Below are positions 9,378-18,653 of a DNA stretch of 59,383 nt, in pieces. This stretch comes from Candidatus Omnitrophota bacterium. Lineage in GTDB: Bacteria > Omnitrophota > Gorgyraeia > VGKN01. Under the pieces are notes generated by a model. That model made no database searches, was not told the DNA's origin, and saw nothing but the letters and a program-made list of their open reading frames with translations. A program made the position numbers and the translations under genes. The stretch's first letter is position 1. Each line of letters starts with the position of its first letter. Location of the stretch: positions 1-59,383 of the forward strand of contig JAZDNB010000015.1 of assembly GCA_043800345.1 (NCBI GenBank). The letters are read 5' to 3'.

Positions 9378-10220
9378 TCAACCTAACTCGTCTCCCGCTT
9401 CATCCAATTCTTTACAGGCCTTTTCAAGATGTTCTTTTGTCGGAGCAACACCATGCCAATCCAAACTATTTTCCATAAAAGATACGCCTTTTCCTTTTGT
9501 GGTATGCGCAATGATAACGGTTGGTTTCCCTTTTATTTTTTCAGCCTCATCATAGGCATCCATAATTTCTTCTAGCGCATGACCGTTAATCTCGATAACA
9601 TGCCAATTAAAAGCTTCCCATTTTTTAACAAGCGGCTCTAAGTTCTTAACTTCCTTTACCGGGCCGTCAATCTGATATTTATTATAATCAACTATGGCAC
9701 ATAGATTATCGAGTTTATAGTGGCTTGCGGTCATCATGGCTTCCCATATCTGCCCTTCGTTAAGCTCACCGTCTCCTAAAAGGCAATATATCCTAATACC
9801 GAGCCGGTCAAGATGAGCGGCAAGGGCGATTCCGTTGGCGATGGAAAGACCCTGGCCTAAGGAGCCGGTAGTCGCCTCTAAAATGGGCAGATGAGATTTG
9901 TCGGGATGCCCCTGAAGTTTGGACCCAAGCTTTCTTAAGGTAAGGAGTTCTTCCCGTGGAAAATATCCCTGATGTGCCAAAACGGTATAGAGACAGGGGC
10001 AACCATGTCCTTTTGAGAGAATAAATCTATCCCTATTTTTTAAAAACGGTTTTTTGGGATCATGTTTCAATTTATAATAATAAAGCCCCATGATAAGTTC
10101 TACGCACGAGAGGGAACCTCCCGGATGCCCCGAACCTGCCGCTTCGAGCATAGTAAGAATATCTTTGCGTACACACACTGCTTCCTTTTTTAGTTTATTG
10201 ATATCCGGCCTGGCACTCAT
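9378..10220 (-). CDS. Transketolase, N-terminal (TPP-binding) subunit
   Basis: 280 aa. SGHPGGSLS, ILSKGH and GDGELNEGQIWEA motifs. Confidence 0.9.
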   Translation of the reverse strand: MSARPDINKLKKEAVCVRKDILTMLEAAGSGHPGGSLSCVELIMGLYYYKLKHDPKKPFLKNRDRFILSKGHGCPCLYTVLAHQGYFPREELLTLRKLGSKLQGHPDKSHLPILEATTGSLGQGLSIANGIALAAHLDRLGIRIYCLLGDGELNEGQIWEAMMTASHYKLDNLCAIVDYNKYQIDGPVKEVKNLEPLVKKWEAFNWHVIEINGHALEEIMDAYDEAEKIKGKPTVIIAHTTKGKGVSFMENSLDWHGVAPTKEHLEKACKELDEAGDELG

Positions 10221-10267
10221 ATAATCATATACCTTTGTTTTAGAAAATACCTTGGTTTTATATGCGG

Positions 10268-11884
10268 TTAGTTTTCTTTGTTCTGGTTTAGAGAGTTAAG
10301 TTTTTGCTTTATTTTTTCCTGCGACGAATCTAATTTCAGACTTTTCTCCCAGGCATCTTTTGCTTCTTTTGTTTTTCCTTTTTTAAAATATATCTCTCCA
10401 AGGTGGTCATATATTACAGGGTCAGACTTAAGATATTGTAACGCATTCTCAATCTGCTCCTGCGCTTCATCAAGATTACCTTTTTTATAAAGAGCCCAGC
10501 CAAGGCTGTCTATGTAAGCACCGTTATGTGGTTCTAACTGCAGCGCCTTCTCTATGAGCCCGATTGCCTCATCAAGGTTTATCCCGTCTTCCGCATACAT
10601 ATACCCCAAGTAGTTATAGGCATCTGCGTGTTCCGAGTCAAGCTCAATGGCCTTTTTTAGGTTTATGATGGATTTTTCCCTGCTATTCATCCGTTCATAG
10701 TAAGCACCGAGATAGAAATATGCATCTGCATTATGTGAGTTTAATTCGCTTGCCTTTACAAACGAATTTTCCGCTTCCTGATTTTTTTCCTCCTCAGAAT
10801 AAGAAATACCCAGCAACACATATAACCGGTCGAGTTTCTTCCCCAGCTTTATGCCTTCCTCTAAAACTTTGCGTGCTTCTTGGAATTTTTTGTTCCATAT
10901 ATAGGAATAAGCAAGCCCGATATAGGCATCTACCTCCTCAGGCGCAAGTTGCAGCAATTTCTTATAATGGACCACTGCCTCTTCAAGGCGATTTTGTTTA
11001 TGATAAAGGACGGACAGCTGATAATACAACCTCGCATCAAGCGGCGAAAGCAATATCGCCTTTTCATACTGTTTTGTCGCTTTTTCAAGATCATTCTTGG
11101 CTTCATAAACTGAAGCAAGCGCCACAATGGCATCCACAAAATTAGGGTTGATGGCAAGCGCTTTTTCAAGGTGCGCAGTGGCCTCCTCGGTTTTATGTAT
11201 CCGCAGGTATAATTGTCCGATATACAATTGGGTAAATTCCGATTTATCTATTCTGTCGATATCTTCATAAATTTTTATTGCTTCTTCTGTCCTTTCTGTC
11301 GCTATATATAATTCCGCGAGGTTCTGAAGCACGTTGATATTTTCTGGTTCCTGCACAAGAAGTTCCTTATATTCCGATTCCGCCTTGTCATACAATCTTA
11401 AGCTGGCATATAAAAAGGCAAGCGTAAAACGAGCTGCCGTATCGCCGGGGTTAAGCTCTAAAGCGATTTCCAATTCTTCCTTGGCTTTTTTAATGTCGCC
11501 TTGCTTAATAAAACATGCGCTGAGTCTATAATGAATACGCGACGCGCTATGGTCATTTTCCAGGGCCAGCGCATATTCTTTTATCGCTTCATCGAGCATG
11601 CCCTTCTCCTCATACATAAGACCCAGTGTATAATGCGCATACGCCCTGGAGAGTGTTCTTTTTCTTAGAGGACGTGTTTTGTATCCGGTCGAGGAATAGG
11701 CATGTTTCGGAGCAGATCTTTCGAGCGGGGAATCTTGTTTTGTAATAAATCCCTGTGCAAATTCTACAAAAGCGTCTCTAATATCCCCTATGTGACTACC
11801 GGAAACTGTTTCTTCTTTTATGCATCCTGCAGCCAACAGCGGAATAAATATGCCTGTAAAAACAAAAAAAAACTCTCTGCGCAC
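10268..11884 (-). CDS. TPR-repeat lipoprotein
   Basis: 538 aa. Signal peptide with LLAAGC lipobox, then many 34-aa TPR-like repeats (A..Y..AL.L.P). GTG start. Confidence 0.8.
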   Translation of the reverse strand: MRREFFFVFTGIFIPLLAAGCIKEETVSGSHIGDIRDAFVEFAQGFITKQDSPLERSAPKHAYSSTGYKTRPLRKRTLSRAYAHYTLGLMYEEKGMLDEAIKEYALALENDHSASRIHYRLSACFIKQGDIKKAKEELEIALELNPGDTAARFTLAFLYASLRLYDKAESEYKELLVQEPENINVLQNLAELYIATERTEEAIKIYEDIDRIDKSEFTQLYIGQLYLRIHKTEEATAHLEKALAINPNFVDAIVALASVYEAKNDLEKATKQYEKAILLSPLDARLYYQLSVLYHKQNRLEEAVVHYKKLLQLAPEEVDAYIGLAYSYIWNKKFQEARKVLEEGIKLGKKLDRLYVLLGISYSEEEKNQEAENSFVKASELNSHNADAYFYLGAYYERMNSREKSIINLKKAIELDSEHADAYNYLGYMYAEDGINLDEAIGLIEKALQLEPHNGAYIDSLGWALYKKGNLDEAQEQIENALQYLKSDPVIYDHLGEIYFKKGKTKEAKDAWEKSLKLDSSQEKIKQKLNSLNQNKEN

Positions 11885-12029
11885 GGTATAAGTATGTAAT
11901 ATTAATTTTGTATAAGAAATTTCACGGTAATCCCCAATAAAAATAGTCCCTCTATAAAATTTCTAACGGGGATCACTGCACCATCTTGCTCTGTATGATA
12001 TAATAACACTCACTCGATAAAAAGAAGCG

Positions 12030-12125
12030 TTATCTATTTTTCTTCTTATGTCTATCTCGTCTCAGTCTCTTCTTGCGCTTATGCGTTGCCATTTTGTGGC
12101 GTTTGCGTTTTTTCCCGCACGGCAT
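12030..12125 (-). CDS. 31-aa highly basic protein, bS22 / AURKAIP1-COX24-like small ribosomal protein
   Basis: Not in the ORF track (too short). ATG at 12125 is preceded by AAGGAGG. Translation is MPCGKKRKRHKMATHKRKKRLRRDRHKKKNR*. From memory this matches the ~30-aa KRKRHK.ATHKRKKR family. Confidence 0.7.
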   Translation of the reverse strand: MPCGKKRKRHKMATHKRKKRLRRDRHKKKNR

Positions 12126-12280
12126 ATTAGACCTCCTTAAATGAGTCCGCCCGAGGCGGATGAATTAATCCCAATAGCTGCAAGAAAATTTTAGGCGCGA
12201 AGCGACACAAATTTCCGCAGCGCTTTGCTATTAGGATAATATGCTAATCTTATAATGTCATAATTAAAAACAATTTGTCC

Positions 12281-12390
12281 CTTGCTTAAGCACACTGAAA
12301 ATATCGTACCCTCTGGAATTTCTGCGAAATTCCGAGGACTTAAGTCCCGGGAATTCTTTAGAATTCCTCGGGGGAGATTTTCAGTGCAAG
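12281..12390. other. About 110-nt near-palindromic multi-hairpin element (possible structured RNA or cruciform)
   Basis: Outer stem cactgaaaat 12293-12302 / attttcagtg 12377-12386, plus cttg/caag. Inner hairpins 12315-12333, 12336-12347 and 12350-12367. An alternative ccgagg/cctcgg pairing exists. Followed at 12393-12402 by tcgggataaa, resembling the repeat-family terminus. Confidence 0.55.
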
Positions 12391-12454
12391 CATCGGGATA
12401 AATTCAGACACATAAGTTATGTCTCTCTACGAGCTCCATAACTTATGTCTTCAT

Positions 12455-13327
12455 TTACGGTATCACCTTATTTAATGGATATTCGATAATACCTTCGGCA
12501 CCGGCTTTTTTCAATTTCGGTATAAGCTCTCTTACGATTTTTTCTTCTATAACTGTTTCTATATCAAACCACCCCTTTTGTGTAAGAGGGGCTATAGTAG
12601 GTTTTTTAAGTGCGGGAAGATTAGATAATACTTTTTGTATATTTTTTTCGGATACATTCATCTTAAGTCCGACCATCTCCTCCGCAAGAAGCGCCCCTTG
12701 TAAAAGCATGGCAATATTTTCAATTTTTTTTCTTTTCCAATTATTTTTTAACGAGTTTTTATTCGCTATCAACTGGGTAACAGAAATAAAAATTGTATCG
12801 ATTATCCTAAGGTTGTTCGCACGCAGACTGGCCCCTGTCTCGGTCAGTTCCACTATGGCATCGGCAAGGCCCGCACCGACCTTTGCCTCGGTGGCTCCCC
12901 AGCTAAATTCGACGGTAGCGTTAATCTTCCTTTTTTTTAAAAATTTCTTTGTGACACTTACCAGTTCCGTAACGATACGCTTTCCTTTTAAATCAGATAC
13001 CGTTTTAATCTTCGAATCCTTCGGGACGGCGATAACCCACTTTACAGGAACAAGCCCCTGTTTCGCGTAGACTAAATCTATAACACTTGTTACGCTGGAA
13101 TTGTTTTCCGACACCCAATCATTACCCGTAATACCGCAATCGAGCGCACCGGATTCAACATACTTAGACATCTCCTGCGCCCTGATAAGGATAGCGTTTA
13201 TTTCCTTATCATCGAGCGAAGGAAAATAGGACCGCTCGCCTATTGAGATAGCAAAACCCGCTTTTTTAAATAGCCTTACGGTTGATTCCTGAAGGCTGCC
13301 TTTCGGTATGCCGAGTTTAAGTATCAT
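12455..13327 (-). CDS. hisG: ATP phosphoribosyltransferase (long form)
   Basis: 290 aa. [14 protein letters not shown] start and ...[13 protein letters not shown] motif. ATG at 13327 with GGAGGAG 7 nt upstream (the ORF track starts at the GTG at 13330). Confidence 0.9.
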   Translation of the reverse strand: MILKLGIPKGSLQESTVRLFKKAGFAISIGERSYFPSLDDKEINAILIRAQEMSKYVESGALDCGITGNDWVSENNSSVTSVIDLVYAKQGLVPVKWVIAVPKDSKIKTVSDLKGKRIVTELVSVTKKFLKKRKINATVEFSWGATEAKVGAGLADAIVELTETGASLRANNLRIIDTIFISVTQLIANKNSLKNNWKRKKIENIAMLLQGALLAEEMVGLKMNVSEKNIQKVLSNLPALKKPTIAPLTQKGWFDIETVIEEKIVRELIPKLKKAGAEGIIEYPLNKVIP

Positions 13328-13355
13328 CACATATCTCCTCCGATTTCAAAATAGA

Positions 13356-13384
13356 AGTATAACAAACTATTAAAAATATTGCAA
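13356..13384 (-). promoter_or_regulatory. Putative sigma70-type promoter for hisG
   Basis: Minus strand reads TTGCAA-N17-TATACT. The -10 ends about 28 nt upstream of the hisG ATG. Confidence 0.4.
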
Positions 13385-13411
13385 TGTTTATATTCAAAAC
13401 AGATATTCTGC

Positions 13412-13440
13412 TTGCAAAAATTTAGGTTATGCCATATAAT
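13412..13440 (+). promoter_or_regulatory. Putative sigma70-type promoter for the PpiD-like gene
   Basis: TTGCAA (13412-13417) - N17 - TATAAT (13435-13440), about 60 nt upstream of the ATG at 13500. Confidence 0.5.
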
Positions 13441-13499
13441 TTAGAACTAATTTATCTAAAGTACGCATATACAACGAAACGACAGAAAATTTTGTCCCT

Positions 13500-15158
13500 A
13501 TGTTTATTAAACACTTAAGAAAATATCTAAAACCTGTTTTTTGGGTACTTGCGGCTCTTATCGTTCCCGCATTTGTTTTTTGGGGTATTGGTTCTGCGGT
13601 AAAAGCAAAAGATTTATCTTATGTAGGAAAAATTTTTGGAAAGAAGCTATACTACGACGAATTTAAAAACACGCTTAATTGGTTAGTGGTATCAAAATAT
13701 GGCGACAATATTCACAATATCTCCAAATATCCCACCATATACGAGGAGGCGTGGAGACGGCTTATATTGCTTGAGGAAGCAAAAAAGAAGAATATAAGAG
13801 TCTCGGCAAAAGAGCTTGCAAGATATATAATGTTTATGCCGCATTTCCAGAGAAATAATACGTTCGATAGCGGCTCATATCGATACCTCCTTACCTATCA
13901 GTTTGGGATAGACGTCAAAACCTTTGAAGATGAAGCGAGAAAAACCCTGATGTTAGCCAAACTCGAAGAAAAAATATTCGATAGTTTTACGCCGACAAGC
14001 GAGCAGATAAGGGAAGAATATTTTAGATCGCGCCAATCGGCTAAGGTAGAATATATCGTATTTTCTGCCGAAGATTTTAATAATCTGGTCACTATAGACG
14101 CTGCCGAGGTTGAACGGTATTATGCGACACATAGCGCTATGCTCAAAAAGCCCGAGCAGGTTGATGTGGAATATATCAAAATACCGATAAAGCCGTTTGA
14201 AAAAGAAATTGCCCAACCGCAGGAAGAAACGATTACCTCATATTATGAAACACACAAAGAGGAATTTGAAATCAAGACAGCTCCTCAGGAGGAAGAAACG
14301 CTTGAATCAAAAGTAAAAGAAAATATTGAGGCAGCAAAAAAAGAACTCTCTAAATCTCAAAAAAAATATACACAGTTAAGCGAGGTAAGGGAGCAGATAA
14401 AAAAGAAGTTACTTCTAGAGGGCGCGGATAAAAAAGCATATAGACTGATTGACGAAATATCGGAATTCCTTATCGATGAGCCTGATATGCAAAAGGCCGC
14501 GGATAAATTCGGGCTTCAGTTATACCAGACGGGGTTCTTCGGCAGCGAAGAATCTTTAAAGGATGCGGGATTTTCGAGGGAATTTTCCGTTACCGCTTTT
14601 AATTTAAGGGAAAACGAGATAAGCCAGATTCTAAAAATAAAGGATAGCTATTATATATTAAAATTGAAATCAAGGGCGAAAGCACACATACCCTCATTAG
14701 AAGAAGCGCAAAATGAGATTATGAAAACATTAATCGATGAAAAGGCGTTAGTGCTCGCAAAAGAAAGTTGTACGTCATACCTCTTGAAAATTAAAGAGGC
14801 ACTTAATAATCAGGCGGTCAGCTTTAAAGATGCTGCCACATCTCTTGGGCTTGAGGTAAACGAATCGAATTATCTTACCCAGGATGTTGTTATACCGCAA
14901 GTGGGTATTTCTGAGGCATTCTTAGATACCGCTTTCGGCCTGCAACCGGGTTCGATAAGCGAACCTATAAAAATAGCCGTGGGTTACGCGCTTATAAAAG
15001 TTGTTGATAAAAAACTCCCTAGCGAAGAAACTTTTGCCAAAGAAAAAGACAGATTTTCGGAAGATATAATTTTTAAAAAGAAGCTTTCCTACGTGGAAAA
15101 CTGGGAAAAAGAGCTTATCAAGAAAGCAAATTTAGAACGTAACGAAGAGAGATTTTAA
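13500..15158 (+). CDS. PpiD/SurA-family periplasmic chaperone (membrane-anchored, parvulin-like)
   Basis: 552 aa. N-terminal TM anchor (VFWVLAALIVPAFVFWGIG), a long helical chaperone-like region and a parvulin-like segment (YYILKLKSR...GYALIKV). Confidence 0.65.
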   Translation: MFIKHLRKYLKPVFWVLAALIVPAFVFWGIGSAVKAKDLSYVGKIFGKKLYYDEFKNTLNWLVVSKYGDNIHNISKYPTIYEEAWRRLILLEEAKKKNIRVSAKELARYIMFMPHFQRNNTFDSGSYRYLLTYQFGIDVKTFEDEARKTLMLAKLEEKIFDSFTPTSEQIREEYFRSRQSAKVEYIVFSAEDFNNLVTIDAAEVERYYATHSAMLKKPEQVDVEYIKIPIKPFEKEIAQPQEETITSYYETHKEEFEIKTAPQEEETLESKVKENIEAAKKELSKSQKKYTQLSEVREQIKKKLLLEGADKKAYRLIDEISEFLIDEPDMQKAADKFGLQLYQTGFFGSEESLKDAGFSREFSVTAFNLRENEISQILKIKDSYYILKLKSRAKAHIPSLEEAQNEIMKTLIDEKALVLAKESCTSYLLKIKEALNNQAVSFKDAATSLGLEVNESNYLTQDVVIPQVGISEAFLDTAFGLQPGSISEPIKIAVGYALIKVVDKKLPSEETFAKEKDRFSEDIIFKKKLSYVENWEKELIKKANLERNEERF

Positions 15159-15937
15159 ACGTTACGCTGATAATCGCCCTCCTTTGAAGCAAGCGTCATT
15201 ATAACCAGATAGAGTACATACACACCGAGATGCATAACCCAAAAATACGGTATTCTCATTCCCGATGCATCTACCGCCGTTCCCAGTATCACCGGTAACG
15301 TAAGACTAAAGGCCCCTATATTGAGCAAACCGCGGTAGTTAAGTTTAAGTTTTCCCGCTTTATTTATAATAAGTGTGAGGAGACTAAATCCTAGTATCTT
15401 ACCCAGGCTTATAACAATATAATAGAGATATAAAAAAATCACCATAAGAGGTATGGTAACCCATATAAATATTTTCTTTACCCTGTCAATGACTGTTTTG
15501 TTTAAAACAAAAAAGGGAGTCTTGGAAAGGTCATATTCCCTTGTTTCAACTTCGCTTTGTTTATGCATAATCTTATTTTTGAGCACCAAAATACCCGCCT
15601 TGTATTCCGGCGCAATAGCGGAAACCTGTCCCGTCGTATCCAGAATAAACACAAATTCATTGGTACCCTTAAGGTAAGGCTGCTCGGCGGGACTGGATAC
15701 CTCTCCGTTTTTTATCGTTATATCCGGTATATTTGTTGAAATCCAATCCGCTATGAAATTTGTTCCGCTCGTCAGCACAAAACTAAATCGAACGGAAAGA
15801 ATCACCGTTATAATCAGAAAAAATGTTAAGAGATATTTAAACCCTACGGAGAAAGATTGCGATTTTACGTCTCTATAAAAAGATTTGCTAATGATACTTC
15901 TGATTATTTTTGTAAAAAAATCTATTTTATTCTCCAC
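15155..15937 (-). CDS. DUF1189-like polytopic membrane protein
   Basis: 260 aa. The N-terminus (F..I..SI.SKSFYRDV...S.GFKYLL.F) and TM pattern resemble DUF1189. GTG start with GGAGG upstream. The stop overlaps the ppiD-like stop (TTAA). Confidence 0.5.
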   Translation of the reverse strand: MENKIDFFTKIIRSIISKSFYRDVKSQSFSVGFKYLLTFFLIITVILSVRFSFVLTSGTNFIADWISTNIPDITIKNGEVSSPAEQPYLKGTNEFVFILDTTGQVSAIAPEYKAGILVLKNKIMHKQSEVETREYDLSKTPFFVLNKTVIDRVKKIFIWVTIPLMVIFLYLYYIVISLGKILGFSLLTLIINKAGKLKLNYRGLLNIGAFSLTLPVILGTAVDASGMRIPYFWVMHLGVYVLYLVIMTLASKEGDYQRNV

Positions 15938-16057
15938 TCTCTTTGCCTCCGTAGTATAAAATGTACCATATATATGCCGATTGTCAATTAAATAAAAAAG
16001 GCTATAACATCCTTAACTGTCAGTGTGCACAGGGACTTGTTCTTCTTTTTCCCGTAT

Positions 16058-18571
16058 CTATGGCATTGTTTTTTCTTTTAACTTTTTGAGATATTCCTTT
16101 GTAATTAATTCTTCCGGCATAGAGGGTAAGGTGATTTTTAAAAGATTATGCTCTTCATCAAACACTTTATACCCATTCGGCAAGGTGTCTAAAAATTCAT
16201 CCAAAAACTTCAAAAAATTTTTATCTTTGCTGCATAACATCACTATGCCTGAAAGAAATACGTCAAAGGCCGATATAATTTCAAATTCCTCTCCTTCAAA
16301 ATAAATCATTTTTCCTTTTACCGCAACGTCATATCCGTCAATGAATTCATCTATATTTTTCTCGTGAGCTATCTTTATCGACTCTTTAGAAAAGGTGAAA
16401 TTTTCCTTATCTGTATGTACGATTTCAAATATGCCCTCAAACCGGTCAAGCTTCAGGACGCTCCGCAAGGTATCATTGTCAAGGCTATCAGAACAGTTAA
16501 TAAGCCTGATGGTTATATTGTTTTTTGTGATCGTTCGCAGAAGGTTAACCGCATCCATAAAATAGACATCTTTCAGTATCGGCTTACCTTGCCGGTCTAA
16601 CCCCAGGAGCGTAGCAACGTCTAATTCTATCGCAAGGTTTCCCTTCTCAATCAAAGCCTTCTCAATGTGTTCCTCCAGCGCTAAACGCAAGGAAATCAGT
16701 CCTTCCTGGGTTACAGTGCATATGTATTTAGCAAGGAGTGTCCTGGAAAGCATATTCGGATTAGCCGAATCTTTTGCGCCTTTTGTCAGACGCTCAACAA
16801 TACCTATAGTATTAAGTTCACCCATTATTTCACGTATAAGTTTTGTGCGCTCAGCATATTCCTCCTTTGTTGCGGCTATGAGAATAGAGATAGGGATATT
16901 GTGTATAAGGTGTATATTGGAAAGAGAGATCTTTTGCAAACCGTATATAATTTCATCGATTGCCTTATCCTGCGAATCCCCCTGATAGGCATGGGACAAA
17001 AGAAGAATCAACCACTGGCTCAGGGTAGGAATTTTTTCAAGAACGGCTATTGGAGCACCCTGATAGGTAAGGACTAATGAATATTTTATTATAATAGGTT
17101 TGATCATATCAACGGAATATGTATCAAATCCATTTTGGGCGAGCAGTTTTTTTGCATAACTCAAACCTATAATCTCCTCAAGGTCATAATCGGTAAAATA
17201 ACCCTTCCAGCACTCTTCTAATATGAGATACGGATACTGCATAGAAATTATTGAAAGATACTCCGAGATATCGCCGTCAATGAGTTTAAGCCTATGTAAC
17301 AGGTCCCTGGTCTTGACGCTTAGTTCCTTATAAAGATTAAACCCTATCCCCTGTCTTTCGTCATAAAGGGCTTTGAGCCTGTTAATGAACTCAAGCGGTA
17401 CTCCGTAGGTATGCATCAGGCTTGTCAGGTTCATGTTCAAGGTGGATAAAAATTCCGTAATAAATACGGTCAGATTAAGGTATTTCCCGCTTGATAACTT
17501 AAGCACCCAGGCTTTCTTTGCCCCCGGCATAGATATATCATCCATGAAAAACCATTCGGGATGCGTTATCATCTCCTCGGAAGCCGTGAAATAATCCGGA
17601 TTATTTTGCTCATGCCAAAATCCTATTACATTATAAATCTGTTCTATGCGTGCCTCACCAAGCTCACTCAATATGCTGCGTATCACCGTATCCTGGTCCT
17701 CTCTTGATAACCTTAAAAATCTCATATGTGAGTCTTCGTGCGGAAGAACTTCACGCAGCAGTCTTATCCTCGAACCGGTAGGAAACGAAGAAGTAAGCCA
17801 TCCCACCACGTCAATCATCAGTGCATCAAAAGATGATACATACTGGGCAGATGCAATCGCTATCGTATAATAAAACTGGCCGAGGCATAAAAAGGCGCCC
17901 GAGGACAAGGGGAATATATGTGTCTGGGGAAATCTTTGTTTTATAAACTCGCTCCGCGCCAGATATACCGCATAGTGAAGACCCTGTTTTAATGCAAATT
18001 CAAGATATGCCGAATCGTTTGCGTCGCTATTAACAAGCATCAATATTTGCCACTTGGCATGATGTGTTATGCGGTATACCCTGACAGGGGACGACCCTAG
18101 CGGCGGAATAATTGTAAAAATTTCGGAGGTTTCCGGTACGGATATGCAGTTAAAACGAAGCGCAAGTTTATCTTTTGGATCAATCCTGTTTACAAAATCA
18201 TCTACAACCCTTTTGGCAGATAAAGAAAGCTTTCTTTCAGAACCGCGCACAAAATCCAAAAACTTTTCGATGGAGTCGATGGTATGCAGGCGGGGATTAC
18301 GAGCTACGGCATGAGGTATATCAATAACATCTCCGGAAACGGGAGGTGTTTCCTGTCCGTAGCAGTTACCTACAGCGACGTTATAACATAAACTAAAAAG
18401 GAATATTACTGTTATTATAGAAGTCCATACAGTAACATGCGAGATCTCTATTTTTTTTTCCTTGCGCCATATAGGCACAGAGCTAGAGAGTACGTCGGCC
18501 CCGAAACGCGAGTCTGGGTGCAGGATAAAAAAGGCTGCGCTAGCGCTTGAGAAAAAAAGAGGGATGTTCAT
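16058..18571 (-). CDS. Large (837-aa) protein of unknown function with N-terminal hydrophobic segment(s)
   Basis: Long uninterrupted ORF. I recognise no family. No SD before the ATG at 18571. An alternative GTG at 18478 gives an RKEKK+hydrophobic signal-like start. Confidence 0.7.
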   Translation of the reverse strand: MNIPLFFSSASAAFFILHPDSRFGADVLSSSVPIWRKEKKIEISHVTVWTSIITVIFLFSLCYNVAVGNCYGQETPPVSGDVIDIPHAVARNPRLHTIDSIEKFLDFVRGSERKLSLSAKRVVDDFVNRIDPKDKLALRFNCISVPETSEIFTIIPPLGSSPVRVYRITHHAKWQILMLVNSDANDSAYLEFALKQGLHYAVYLARSEFIKQRFPQTHIFPLSSGAFLCLGQFYYTIAIASAQYVSSFDALMIDVVGWLTSSFPTGSRIRLLREVLPHEDSHMRFLRLSREDQDTVIRSILSELGEARIEQIYNVIGFWHEQNNPDYFTASEEMITHPEWFFMDDISMPGAKKAWVLKLSSGKYLNLTVFITEFLSTLNMNLTSLMHTYGVPLEFINRLKALYDERQGIGFNLYKELSVKTRDLLHRLKLIDGDISEYLSIISMQYPYLILEECWKGYFTDYDLEEIIGLSYAKKLLAQNGFDTYSVDMIKPIIIKYSLVLTYQGAPIAVLEKIPTLSQWLILLLSHAYQGDSQDKAIDEIIYGLQKISLSNIHLIHNIPISILIAATKEEYAERTKLIREIMGELNTIGIVERLTKGAKDSANPNMLSRTLLAKYICTVTQEGLISLRLALEEHIEKALIEKGNLAIELDVATLLGLDRQGKPILKDVYFMDAVNLLRTITKNNITIRLINCSDSLDNDTLRSVLKLDRFEGIFEIVHTDKENFTFSKESIKIAHEKNIDEFIDGYDVAVKGKMIYFEGEEFEIISAFDVFLSGIVMLCSKDKNFLKFLDEFLDTLPNGYKVFDEEHNLLKITLPSMPEELITKEYLKKLKEKTMP

Positions 18572-18618
18572 TTTATCATATTAAACAGTAATATAAAAAG
18601 TATGTCAAGCAAACTAAA

Positions 18619-18646
18619 TTGACAAATACCATCCTCTCTATATAAT
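18619..18646 (+). promoter_or_regulatory. Consensus sigma70-type promoter for maf (predicts a leaderless mRNA)
   Basis: TTGACA (18619-18624) - N16 - TATAAT (18641-18646). The maf ATG is at 18654, 7 nt past the -10, and has no SD. Confidence 0.55.
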
Positions 18647-18653
18647 AGAAGCG

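Noticed and set aside
17700-17760. HEDSH pentapeptide (HExxH) in the 837-aa protein as evidence for a metalloprotease
   Set aside because: A bare HExxH occurs by chance in long proteins. I saw no third ligand motif or surrounding hydrophobic context typical of zincins. It is mentioned only as a lead. The coordinates are approximate.
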